Positions 53,110 through 63,390 of a DNA stretch of 64,000 nt are shown here, piece by piece. Each line of letters opens with the position of its first letter. The stretch's first letter is position 1. The position numbers and the translations under genes were made by a program. The DNA comes from Spirochaetia bacterium (lineage in GTDB: Bacteria; Spirochaetota; Spirochaetia; CADAEX01): the NCBI GenBank assembly GCA_963662795.1, contig OY759746.1:2432001-2496000 (forward strand), in the 5' to 3' direction. The notes below the pieces were generated by a model. The model worked only from the letters and a program-made list of their open reading frames with translations, had not been told where the DNA came from and did not search any database.

Positions 53110-53140
53110 TCGACTCCTTTCTCTTAAGGAGTCGATTTTT
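53110..53140 (+). terminator. Intrinsic terminator
   Basis: TCGACTCCTT/AAGGAGTCGA followed by TTTTT. Confidence 0.85.
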
Positions 53141-53289
53141 ATTTTTGTATCTGGTGAAAAGCTAATTATAAAATATCCACACATGCAAGGGTATATGGGA
53201 AAGGGATTTTGTTGTTGAAAGAAGAAAGAAGGGCTGCCAGTGTTAGTAGGTTCTGCAGGTGTAAAAGCTAACTAAGTATTATTTATAAG

Positions 53290-53751
53290 TTAGATGTTGA
53301 TCTCTCTATTATTATACTCAGAATGATCTTTTATTGCAGCTAAGTAATGCTTTTCCATTAACTCTGAAGATATCAAATAATCTGCTGTTGCTCTATTACT
53401 CGCTGTCGGGATATTATATAGAACTGCTATTCTTAAAAGCGCTTTCACATCTACATCATGTGGTTGGGGCTGCATTGGATCCCAGAAGAATATTAGTACG
53501 TCTATTTTTTCATCTGCTATCATTGCTCCAAGTTGCTGATCACCACCTATAGGTCCAGATTTTAATAAGATTATATTATGTTTTAAAGGATGATTTTCGT
53601 CTATTCTTTCATTTAAAGCTTCCTGTACTAATTTTCCTGTTGTTCCGGTACAGACAAGCTGATGGTTTAAAAGGATTTTCCAATTCCATTTAACCCATTC
53701 TACCATGTCTTTTTTTAAATTATCGTGTGCTACAAGTGCAATATGTTTCAT
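53290..53751 (-). CDS. mgsA: Methylglyoxal synthase
   Basis: IALVAHD, TGTTG, SGPIGGDQQ, DP..QPHDVDVKALLR. Confidence 0.97.
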   Translation of the reverse strand: MKHIALVAHDNLKKDMVEWVKWNWKILLNHQLVCTGTTGKLVQEALNERIDENHPLKHNIILLKSGPIGGDQQLGAMIADEKIDVLIFFWDPMQPQPHDVDVKALLRIAVLYNIPTASNRATADYLISSELMEKHYLAAIKDHSEYNNREINI

Positions 53752-54145
53752 TACATATAAGATACTAGAAATAATAAAATAAGTACATGATTTGTTTTAT
53801 ATTAATAATTAGCATTATTCTAAATCTGTGAAAAGCAGGTTTTTCTTCTAATGGTATATCACAAGAAATACCTAAAATCGTGATACTTTCATATAAAAGG
53901 ATTAAAAGTAATATATTCATTGCATTTATGGCATTTATAGTATCTCATTTTATAGCCTTAAAAATTATTCTTTGCTCGTCGGTCGGAATTCTATGTGATT
54001 ATTACTTCCCAACAGTAAGCTCCTCCGCAATCAGCTCCAATAATTTTATAGTACACCCACTCAAACGCGCAGAGAAGCGGTTTTTCCTCTTTGCCAGGGG
54101 TGGGGGGAGGTGAAGGCAGAGCCAAGGATGGACTTTCAAATATAA

Positions 54146-55012
54146 TTAATAGTATTTTTTTAGGAAATCTATGATTAGCTGATTAACTTTATAGGGCATT
54201 TCCATCATTAAAAAGTGACTTACATCGGGAATATAATAATATTCAATTATTGGAAATGTTTTGCTTAATTCATTTTTATAATCAACAGGTAGTTGATAAG
54301 CTGGAGAATATATAGCCAGAAATGGTTTGTTTATTGTTTTTTTTCTCCAATATTTTTGATCTTTTTCAACTCCTTCAATCATCGCTTTTCCTATTGATAA
54401 TGGCACTTTTCTGCTACCTGCAAACACTTCTTCTTTTAATAACATAGGTGAATCAGGCATAAAAAGCGCTTCTAAAAAAGCTTCCCGTCCTGATTCGTTA
54501 TTCATAGTATTTGCAAAGATTCGATTATATTCTATCCATTCCTTTACAGCTTTTTCATCATCTGATATCTCAAAATGTGCTCCATCCATACTACATATAC
54601 CTATGCATTTTTCCGGATATTTTTGTGCTATAACTTCGCAAACCGATAATCCCATACTATGACCTATGAAGAAGCTTTTGCTAATTTTTTCTTTTTCAAG
54701 TACTTTATAGACTGAATCAGCAAATATTTCCATTGTATAATCTACATTCTCTATCTTACTGCTTTTTCCATTACCAGGCAGGTCAATAGCAATAACTTTA
54801 TACTCGGGAAAAGCTTTTGTTTGGTATTTCCAGTTCTGTATATTACCAGTCCATCCATGAATTAAAATAATTGTTTTCGGTGAGTTCCCATATATTTCAT
54901 AGTAAATACTATGTTCATTATATTTAATATATTTTTCCTTAAAGTTGTCATTACTATTACAAGAAATTAACAGGAGTAATACAATTAGCAATAATACGAT
55001 ATTTTTATTCAT
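54146..55012 (-). CDS. Alpha/beta hydrolase lipoprotein
   Basis: LLISC lipobox; IHGW, DLPGNG.S, GHSMG, SHF. Confidence 0.9.
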   Translation of the reverse strand: MNKNIVLLLIVLLLLISCNSNDNFKEKYIKYNEHSIYYEIYGNSPKTIILIHGWTGNIQNWKYQTKAFPEYKVIAIDLPGNGKSSKIENVDYTMEIFADSVYKVLEKEKISKSFFIGHSMGLSVCEVIAQKYPEKCIGICSMDGAHFEISDDEKAVKEWIEYNRIFANTMNNESGREAFLEALFMPDSPMLLKEEVFAGSRKVPLSIGKAMIEGVEKDQKYWRKKTINKPFLAIYSPAYQLPVDYKNELSKTFPIIEYYYIPDVSHFLMMEMPYKVNQLIIDFLKKYY

Positions 55013-55094
55013 TCTAAATCCTTATATTATATATATGCTTCTATCATTTTTAATGAAGCTGTTAGAAAACTTTATACTTAACGACACCTTAATA

Positions 55095-56021
55095 TTATTT
55101 TATCTTTGATTTTCCTAAAGGACGGACTGGACGTGCCTCAATATATCCTCGCCAGCCTTGTGGTTCAAGTTGAAAACGGGGAGCTGAATCAAAGTCCCAG
55201 GCGAAACCATAAAGTGTCGGATCATATTTATCAATTTTTTTCATCATTGAATTAATTACATCCAGAAAATCCTCATCAGCAAATGGTTCTCCTTGGAAAA
55301 CCATCATCATTGCTGGTCCAAATTCTGCTAATTCAAATCCTTCAGGAATTATTCCTTGCCAATTAGGAGGTAATTCAACTCCTTGAACATATTCGGAAGT
55401 GTTTATTGGACGGAGCTTTGAGGGAAGCCAAAGCCCAATTGGCTCATACAAAGCTTCTTTAACGCTTGTCAGGATACCCCATATATCGCAACCAACTTCT
55501 TCACAGTAGGTAAAATAATCACTTGCTGTCTTAGCTCTTTTCATTAGCACTTTTCGAGCTGGTCTTTCAATTATCTGAACAAAAACAGTTTTCATTACAT
55601 TGTCATCCATTATTTCTTCTCCTCTTTTGTCTTTTTTGCACACAGTAAGAGGATAGGGCAAAAACAGCTTTACCGGACGTGGCTGATTACGATAACTTAA
55701 AGGAGTAATACCAAATTCTTTCGAAAAGGAACGGGTAAACCCCTCATGGGAATCGAACATAAAATCAAGAGCGACATCAATGATCTTAGATGGTGTGTCT
55801 CTCAATACAAGCGCAGCCTGCGAAAGTCTCAGTCTACGAATATAATCAAAAGGTGGTTGACCTATAAGTTCCTTAAATATTCGTTGTGCATGCCATGCTG
55901 AATAGCCAGCAGCGTATGCAAGATCATTCGCCGAGATTTTTTCATGCACATGTGATAGGATATAATCCTGCATTTTGCGTACAGCCAGGGTTATATCATT
56001 TCGTGTATATTCTCGTTCCAC
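55095..56021 (-). CDS. AraC family regulator with C-terminal GyrI-like effector domain
   Basis: YS.WH..RIFK, YIRRLRLS, FDSHEGFTRSF..EFG.TP. Confidence 0.9.
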   Translation of the reverse strand: MEREYTRNDITLAVRKMQDYILSHVHEKISANDLAYAAGYSAWHAQRIFKELIGQPPFDYIRRLRLSQAALVLRDTPSKIIDVALDFMFDSHEGFTRSFSKEFGITPLSYRNQPRPVKLFLPYPLTVCKKDKRGEEIMDDNVMKTVFVQIIERPARKVLMKRAKTASDYFTYCEEVGCDIWGILTSVKEALYEPIGLWLPSKLRPINTSEYVQGVELPPNWQGIIPEGFELAEFGPAMMMVFQGEPFADEDFLDVINSMMKKIDKYDPTLYGFAWDFDSAPRFQLEPQGWRGYIEARPVRPLGKSKIK

Positions 56022-56263
56022 AATCTCCTCCTGTGTACATACTGTATTTTACAGATTCAAAGATTTGGATTCTTGACTTGTATTGCTAAAATATAAATTA
56101 TTAGAATAATTTTAATAATTTATCAGTTTGTAATCCAAGTCAATTAAAAAAGTTTTACTACTTTCAATTATTTATTAATAGCTTATATACAAAAGGTATT
56201 AAAGTAATATTCACAATACTGCATCTCTCCGCCCGCCGGCCGAGGATCCGGACTATTTTATCT

Positions 56264-57612
56264 TGTCTGGTCCAGTTTCACGACATCGGTAACGGATTTG
56301 TGTCACGACATCGGTAACACTTTTCTTCTTTTTCTTTTCATAAGTGTATACTTCTTTTCCGGTACCAGCAACAAACTTTCCTGGTCAAAATACCCAAGAA
56401 GAGAGTCTGCGAACCACACATCCAGCTGCCCTGTTTCAGTGGGATGTATGCCTATGTTATAACCCCCAAAAGGATTCCCAACAAAATAGCGAACACCTTT
56501 AAAGCTGACAAATCCTCGGTTATTTACAAAACGTTTTCTGTAATTTATCGGATATGCAAACTCCACAAAGTCCCCATAATATTCCTGCTCTGATACTTTA
56601 TATACTGTAGAGGGTGTTTTCATATTCAGTGATTCATGCGGCCGCTCTTCATTATATTCTACACGCCACTTTTCAAACATCTTCTGATGATACCTGATAT
56701 CTCCATAAATCTGGCCTTCCAATTCATTCGCCATATCCAAATGCATCCGTTCATGTGCTCCGTTCTGATAAGGTGATGCTGGTTCTATTCTGTCCAACTT
56801 AATCCCTAATGATAGCCACCAAACTGATAATCTTGTCAGACCGAATAAACTTCGCATATTCGCAAAAGGAGGGCCATTATCTGATCTAATTACCTCTGGA
56901 AGACCGTATTCCCTGAATAATTGGTCGAATTCCTTGTAAACACTTGCTGTATCACCCTTATCCAGAGTTTTAATTGTTAAAATGTACTTGGAATGATCAT
57001 CTCGTACTATAAGCGGATTTACTCGTTCTCTGTTAGGGGTATACCACCATCCTTTAAAATCCACCGTCCATACATGATTTGGATGTGTTGCTTCTACACG
57101 ATTTTCAATTCTAATACCTTCAGCTGTTCTCTTCTTTCGACGCTTCTTGGCTAATCCAGCCTTCTGAAAAAATCGATTAAATGTACTCACTGAGGGCAGC
57201 CTCTTATCAGGATATTTATTAGCGTAAATCTCTCTGATCTTTTTAGCTCCCCAATTCTTCTTTTGATGTTTGATTTTAATTATAGAGAGTATCTCTTCTT
57301 CTGATAAACTCTCTGGGCTTGTTTTTGGTTTTCTTGATAATTCCTCAAGTCCTTCAAAGCCTTGCTCAAGAAACCTCTCTTTCCACTTGTAGCCAGTCTT
57401 TGGACTGATACAATATTTCGCACACAGACTGGTAAAATTCATTGTTCCCTTGAGTGCTTCCAGAACAAATTCTTTTTTCTGATCCATAACATTGGTCTCC
57501 TTCCATGGCATCTCTCAGTCCTCCTAAATAGGATTGTACTAAAAGATTTACATGTGTGGTGTTACCTATGTCGTGATAAAAAGTGTTACCTATGTCCTGA
57601 TTTGACCGGCTG
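56264..57612 (-). mobile_element. IS481-family element, transposase ORF 56303-57511 apparently intact
   Basis: TGT end at 56264; duplicated binding repeats TCACGACATCGGTAAC (56278, 56303) and GTTACCTATGTC.TGA (57561, 57585); MPWKE, WTVDFKG, SDNGPPF, QNGAHERMH. Confidence 0.92.
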
Positions 57613-57619
57613 GTATTGA

Positions 57620-57790
57620 GCATAACGTCTCGCGATTATTCGATGTTTTGCAGTTAACATTTAAAACACTTCTGACTTTTTTACGAAACCCGAGAAGTAT
57701 TAAATATTAATTGCTCTGTTTAAATGATAGCAAAATATGCCGCAGGCCAAGCGAGGTACTCCGAGCGCAACGAATTATCCTCTGTTATGA
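57620..57790 (-). repeat. attC-like integron cassette recombination site (171 bp)
   Basis: GCATAAC...GTTATGA cores; inner arms GATTATTCG/CGAATTATC and ATGTTTTGC/GCAAAATAT. Confidence 0.7.
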
Positions 57791-57875
57791 GCAGTGTTCC
57801 CGCTTCTTGTCCAAGCCACACGGCGGAGCCAAGGCTGGACTTCTACCATTGTCAGGTAATTACTATACCTGTACA

Positions 57876-57969
57876 TTTTTTTCATTGTGTTTTCCGCTCT
57901 TTTAATTATAGCGGGTTTTACACCTTAATCATACAGTTTTTTTATGTCTTGTTTTCTGGGCTCATTATA
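57876..57969 (-). repeat. Isolated copy of the IS3 left end seen at 40218-40311
   Basis: Near-identical stretch of about 94 bp, TTCATTGTGTTTTCCGCTC...GGGCTCATTATA. Confidence 0.9.
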
Positions 57970-58039
57970 GAGTGCCCACATCATATTTGAATCCCATCTA
58001 CTCGTTAAACAACACATAACAACATGATCACCCATTATA

Positions 58040-59117
58040 GGGCACCTCTAAAAACCCTTGGTTAAAACCAATTATTTTTTGACTTGTGCCAAATATTCGA
58101 TCCTTTTAATAAACCCATGATTTCCAGTATGCAGTCTGTCTGCAGTCAAGCCGTTATGCCCTGCATATCTGCAGGTATCTTATCATATTATAAGTCAGAT
58201 TTGTTAGTCCAATTATTGCATTGGCCCTGATAATCCCACTTCCTCTTATCATGTTACCTTTCAACGAATTCTTTATGCACCCAAATACATGCTCTATCCT
58301 GCAGCGGATTTTTGATTTCTTCCTGTTCCTTACCATTTGCTGCCTGCTTAAAGTTTTATACCTATACCCTTTTTCATGTATCCGGTTTTTTATATTATTT
58401 TCCTCCAATGTGCTTTTTTTAATTGTTTTTCCTGAATAAGCACTGTCTGCATACATTTCATGATGATAATCTTTTTCTGTAATAAGGTTTTCCATAACTT
58501 GACTGTCATGCACTGAAGCCGATGTTATACAATATTTTTTTATCAGTTTTGATTTACGGTCAATATTTATATGATTCTTGTAGCCATAATGTCTTTGCCC
58601 TGTCTTTGTAACCCAGCGGGCATCTACTATTTTCCCATTTTGCGCTATAATTCCTTTGTCATAGAGGTATAGTCCAAACTTTTCAAAAAGTACTTCTACT
58701 TTGCCTGATTTTGTAAGGGTTTCGCGAAATAGCCATATTGTTTTTTCATCCGGCACCTGATCCTGAAGCTCTAATCCCAAAAACCTCATAAAAGAAAAAC
58801 GATCCATTATTTGAAACTGAGTCTGTGCATCTGACAAGTTATAAAGTCTCTGAAGAATCAGTATTTTAAACATCAGCACATAGTCATAGGCAGATCTTCC
58901 TCCAGGACCCTTGGCCTGCTTTGTAAACACACGGTTTAAGGTATGACGAAAACTTTCCCATGGAATTATTTTATTCAAGGTTATCAGCGGGTCTCCCTGC
59001 TTTTGTCTTAATTCATCATCAAAAAATCCGCGTTGCTTTTTCATTTTATCCTCCCCCAGGGAGAGTATTACATTTATTCAAGATTATGAAAATTCCATTG
59101 AGTTTTTAGAGGTGCCC
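58040..59117 (-). mobile_element. IS5-family element; ORF 58154-59044 appears to carry in-frame deletions
   Basis: 16-bp IRs GGGCACCTCTAAAAAC / GTTTTTAGAGGTGCCC; IPWESFR, PDEKTIW.FRE, YGYK.H, ADSAY, R.RIEHVFG. Confidence 0.9.
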
Positions 59118-59802
59118 TAAAGCTGTAATCCTGATTCAGGAAACAATGGACAATGGCGTATGCAGTACAGCTGAAATATCGCTGCTAACTTATCAGCGCT
59201 GGAAGAAAGGGGAAACAAAAGATAAAAGGAAATACGCAGAAAAACATATACCGGGAAAGTTATCAGATAAAAAAAAGATATTATAGATGTTTGCTGCAGC
59301 GATGAATATGCCAAAGATCTTTTTGAAAGAACACTTCAGGAAGAAAAATATCCACAAGTAAGTGTTCATTCTGATAACGGTAATCCCATGAAAGGGATAA
59401 GCCTTCTCTCTCTTTTTGATGATCTTGGAATAAAAAACAGCTTCTCACGTCCCTGGGTAAGCAGTGACAATCCGTTTATTGAATCATCTTTCGGAATAAT
59501 GAAAACCAGCGTTAAATATCCTGGCAAGTTTGAAAATATCCATGAAGCAAGATTGTGGATGGCTGATTTTGTTAACTGGTATAATAATTATCACAGGAAT
59601 TCGGGCAATCAGTATTTCACTCCAGCTTAAATGAGGGATGGAAGTTTTATTGAGCTTGCAAAATCAAGAAGCAATACAATTTCTGAAGCATATAAAAACA
59701 ACCACCAGAGATGGAGCGGGAAGGGTAAGCAATGGAAAGGCAGGCAAACCGTAATTTTAAATCCTTCTCTAAAAACACGGCAGAAAAACAAAAATGCCGC
59801 AT
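59118..59802 (+). mobile_element. IS3-family transposase remnant
   Basis: VHSDNGNPMKG, SRPWVSSDNPFIESSF, FVNWYN fragments with stops. Confidence 0.75.
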
Positions 59803-60000
59803 AATTTTTTTCAAAAATCATACGTCATATATGTTGACATAAAAAGGTACACATTGGCCTTATGGTCGTAATACTCTCTCACTATGATCCGGATGATTTC
59901 TCACCAGTTTTTTGTGTAAAAAAGGTTAAGGAGTATCGAGGTTTTGAATGATAATAAAGACTTCTGTTTGAAGCATATTCTGAAATGATATTGATATTTA

Positions 60001-60897
60001 TTATATTTGTGTTGAGCTGTTTAATAAAAAATCAACAAAATATTTTATATTGTTATTCTCTGCTTTAATTTTAGGTAAAACTAGAAGGAATTTTCTATTG
60101 ATTCGAACATTATTAATATTAATTTTTTTAAATTGATTTTTTTCAGTATCATTATTTAAAGCTAGCTCTGACACTATTCCATATCCAACTCCGCTTAATA
60201 CAGCTGATTTTACTGATTCAGCATTTCCCATAACTAAAGCTATTTTAAGATTGTCAGTATTTATATTATTCTGTTTTAAATATCTTTCAAATATTTCTCT
60301 TGTTCCGGATCCTTTTTCTCTTATTACTATTGGTTCTGAAAGTAAGTCATCAATTTCAATAAAAGGTTTAGTACACCATACATGATGTAAATTTACTATA
60401 ACAATAATTTCATCATCGAAAAATGGAATAGTAACATGATTGTTAAAATCAATTGGTTCGCTAATAATTGCAATATCCATGCTCAACTCTTTAAGTGATT
60501 TTACAAGGAAAGCATTATCTCCAGCAAGCATGGTAATATTAACGTTTGGATACTTAATTTTAAAATTACCAAGTATTTTTGGAAGAAGATATTTCCCAAG
60601 AACGGTTGATACTCCAATTGTGATTGCGCCTTTTATATTTATACTTACATTGCAAACCGCATTTTTAGCTAATTCGTATTGTTTTAAAATATTTTCAGCA
60701 TGTTCATACAATACTTTACCTGGTTCTGTTAGCTTTATTATTGATCCATTTCTATCAAAAAGCCTTATGCCGTATTCTTCTTCAAGTTTTTTAATTTGTA
60801 TTGTAACAGCTGGTTGTGTCATAAATAGTATGCTTGCCGCTTTTGAAAAGCTATTTTCTCTCGCAACAGTAACAAATGTCTTTAATTTATAATCCAT
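60001..60897 (-). CDS. LysR family regulator (CysL-like substrate-binding domain)
   Basis: SFSKAA..L..TQPAVT.QIK.LE HTH; REKGSGTR. Confidence 0.93.
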   Translation of the reverse strand: MDYKLKTFVTVARENSFSKAASILFMTQPAVTIQIKKLEEEYGIRLFDRNGSIIKLTEPGKVLYEHAENILKQYELAKNAVCNVSINIKGAITIGVSTVLGKYLLPKILGNFKIKYPNVNITMLAGDNAFLVKSLKELSMDIAIISEPIDFNNHVTIPFFDDEIIVIVNLHHVWCTKPFIEIDDLLSEPIVIREKGSGTREIFERYLKQNNINTDNLKIALVMGNAESVKSAVLSGVGYGIVSELALNNDTEKNQFKKININNVRINRKFLLVLPKIKAENNNIKYFVDFLLNSSTQI

Positions 60898-60900
60898 AAC

Positions 60901-61060
60901 TATAAATATATTTTATACCAAAATTGCAAATAGTCAAATTAAATTTAATTTAATTAGACTTAAAATAGATATTTATAAATAAAAATCAATTTATATCAAC
61001 AAAAACATATAAATATAACAATGATATAAATATTTATTATACCTATATAAATATTTATAA
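60901..61060. promoter_or_regulatory. Divergent control region with LysR-type ATAA-N7-TTAT box
   Basis: ATAAATATATTTTAT at 60902-60916 and palindrome TATAAATATTTATA at 61046-61059; very AT-rich so low specificity. Confidence 0.45.
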
Positions 61061-61124
61061 TTTGATTTATTTTTACTTTCATATAAATAATTAGTCACCA
61101 ACAAGAAAATTGAAAGAGGAACAA

Positions 61125-62000
61125 ATGTATAGTAAATCAGTTTTATTAAGAGAAAAAATTAATTCGAATAAACTAATTATTGGGATAGGAGCCAGAGATG
61201 CTCTTGAAGCAAAATTAATTGAAGAAGCTAATTTTGATTTCGTGTGGTCAAGTAGTTTAGGTGTTTCGGCTTCTTATTGTATTCCTGATGCTAGTTTAAT
61301 ATCCATGAGCCAATATCTATCAGCAGCCAGGTCAATGAATGAAGTAATATCAATACCTGTAATTGCTGATTGTGATACAGGGTATGGTAATATTAATAAT
61401 TTAATTTATGCTGTTAAACTATTTGAAGATTCTGATATCGCAGGAATTTGTATTGAAGATAAAAAATTCCCCAAAGATAATAGTCTTCTTGAAGGGGGAA
61501 GACAAGAACTTCTAGATATAAATGAATTTTCTTCTAAAATAAGAGCTGCTAAAGATACTCAGAAAAGTGACTCTTTTTGTGTTATTGCAAGATTAGAGTC
61601 ATTTATTGCTGGCTGGGGAATAGAAGATGCACTTGAAAGAGCATATAGTTATGAAAAAGCTGGTGCGGATTTGATTCTTGTGCATTCAAAATTAAATGTT
61701 CCGGATGAAATTATAAATTTTACAAATAATTGGAAAGGTAAAATACCTATAGTTATTGTTCCTACCAATTATTACAGTTTTACTGAAGAACAGGTACAGG
61801 CATTTAAAAAAATAAAAATAGTTATATATGCTAATCAGATACTTAGAAAATCTATTTTAGCGACACAAGTGATTCTCAAAGAAATAAAAAATAGTAAAGG
61901 GATAAATAGTGTTCAAAATAAAATATCACCTGTATCAGAAATATTCCGATTACAAGGTGTACCTGAAATGAAAGCTCAAGAAAAAAAATATAAAACTTGA
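61125..62000 (+). CDS. pepM: PEP mutase / phosphonopyruvate hydrolase family enzyme
   Basis: DCDTGYGN, EDKKFPKDNS (EDKX5NS PepM signature), IARLES, VIYANQ; AGAGGA RBS before ATG 61125. Confidence 0.75.
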   Translation: MYSKSVLLREKINSNKLIIGIGARDALEAKLIEEANFDFVWSSSLGVSASYCIPDASLISMSQYLSAARSMNEVISIPVIADCDTGYGNINNLIYAVKLFEDSDIAGICIEDKKFPKDNSLLEGGRQELLDINEFSSKIRAAKDTQKSDSFCVIARLESFIAGWGIEDALERAYSYEKAGADLILVHSKLNVPDEIINFTNNWKGKIPIVIVPTNYYSFTEEQVQAFKKIKIVIYANQILRKSILATQVILKEIKNSKGINSVQNKISPVSEIFRLQGVPEMKAQEKKYKT

Positions 62001-62061
62001 TGATAAATTATAAGAATGTAAAATAAATGTTTTGAAGAATCTCGACTAAATGGAGTATTAA

Positions 62062-63390
62062 ATGATAAGCGAATTGGCAATTGAACTTAATGAGAAAATA
62101 GATGGAACAGCTCTTTATCATCAGCTTTCAGACTTTGGGAAAAGAATATATTTCCCAAAGGGAACAAAAAAACAATCTGAAGAAGCTAAAAAATATGCAT
62201 ACAAATATAATGCAACAGAGGGTATGGCTTTTGCAGAGGATCACCCATTTGTATTGAAAAACATCAGAAATTATTTACAGGAATTAAATATTGAAGATGT
62301 TGTTACTTATGCCCCTATCCTGGGTCTTCCTTCCTTAAGGGAATTATGGAAAAAGGAGCTTTACAGAAAAAACAACTCACTTGAAAATAAAAATATTTCA
62401 AAGCCAATTGTAACAGGTGGACTTACCCATGGCCTATCTATTGCTGGCGATCTTTTTACTGACGAAAATACAGTTTTAGTAATTCCTGATCTTTTCTGGC
62501 CTAATTATGAAATTATATATAAGGAAAGAAGAAACTGCTTAATTAAAACATATAATTTCTTTGAAAAGGGGAAAATTGATTTTGAAAGTTTTAAAAAAAC
62601 AATAAGAGAAATTGAAAAGAATAAAAAAATATTTACAATTTTCAACTTTCCCCATAATCCGACTGGATATTCTCTGACCCATAGAGAAGTATCTGAAATA
62701 AAAGAGATTATGAAAGCTTTTGCTGATGATGGTTATAAAATTACAGTCCTTCTTGATGATGCATATTTTGGACTTGTATATGAGGATAACATATCAAGTG
62801 AATCACTCTTTTCCATATTTGCTGATCTTCATAAGAATATTATAGCCATAAAGGTTGATGGTGCAAGTAAAGAATACTATGGGTGGGGTTTACGGGTTGG
62901 TTTTATAACATTTTCTTCTAAAGGATTTGGAAATGAACACTATGCTGCACTTGAAAATAAACTATCAGGATTAATTAGATCATCAATTTCAAACTCATCT
63001 AAGATTTCACAACTTATTCTTGAAAAAATGATTATGGACAAAGAGACAGAGAAAGAAAAGAAAAAATATTTTGCAGATCTTAAAAACCGGTATAAAGCAG
63101 TAAAAAAAATTATTAGCGTATACAGCGAAAGTATACTCTCTCCATTCCCTTTTAATTCAGGTTATTTTATGTGTTTTACTGTTAAAACAGGAAAAGCAGA
63201 AATCTTAAGAAAATATCTTCTTGAACATTATGGTATCGGTACAACATCAATGCAGAATAAATATCTGAGAGTTGCATTCGCTTGTGTTGATGAAAAAAAT
63301 ATAAAAAATCTTTATGAAATAATTTATAAAGCATCCATGGAGTACCTGGATGAAAATATTGCAATAAAAAATACGGAGGTACAAAAATGA
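62062..63390 (+). CDS. Class I/II PLP aminotransferase, paralog 1
   Basis: NFPHNPTGY, DDAYFG, DGASKE (PLP Lys), GLRVGF. Confidence 0.9.
   Translation: MISELAIELNEKIDGTALYHQLSDFGKRIYFPKGTKKQSEEAKKYAYKYNATEGMAFAEDHPFVLKNIRNYLQELNIEDVVTYAPILGLPSLRELWKKELYRKNNSLENKNISKPIVTGGLTHGLSIAGDLFTDENTVLVIPDLFWPNYEIIYKERRNCLIKTYNFFEKGKIDFESFKKTIREIEKNKKIFTIFNFPHNPTGYSLTHREVSEIKEIMKAFADDGYKITVLLDDAYFGLVYEDNISSESLFSIFADLHKNIIAIKVDGASKEYYGWGLRVGFITFSSKGFGNEHYAALENKLSGLIRSSISNSSKISQLILEKMIMDKETEKEKKKYFADLKNRYKAVKKIISVYSESILSPFPFNSGYFMCFTVKTGKAEILRKYLLEHYGIGTTSMQNKYLRVAFACVDEKNIKNLYEIIYKASMEYLDENIAIKNTEVQK

Noticed and set aside
56278-56318. Direct repeat TCACGACATCGGTAAC as a mini-CRISPR
   Set aside because: Two copies 9 nt apart with inverted counterparts at the other IS end: transposase binding sites.
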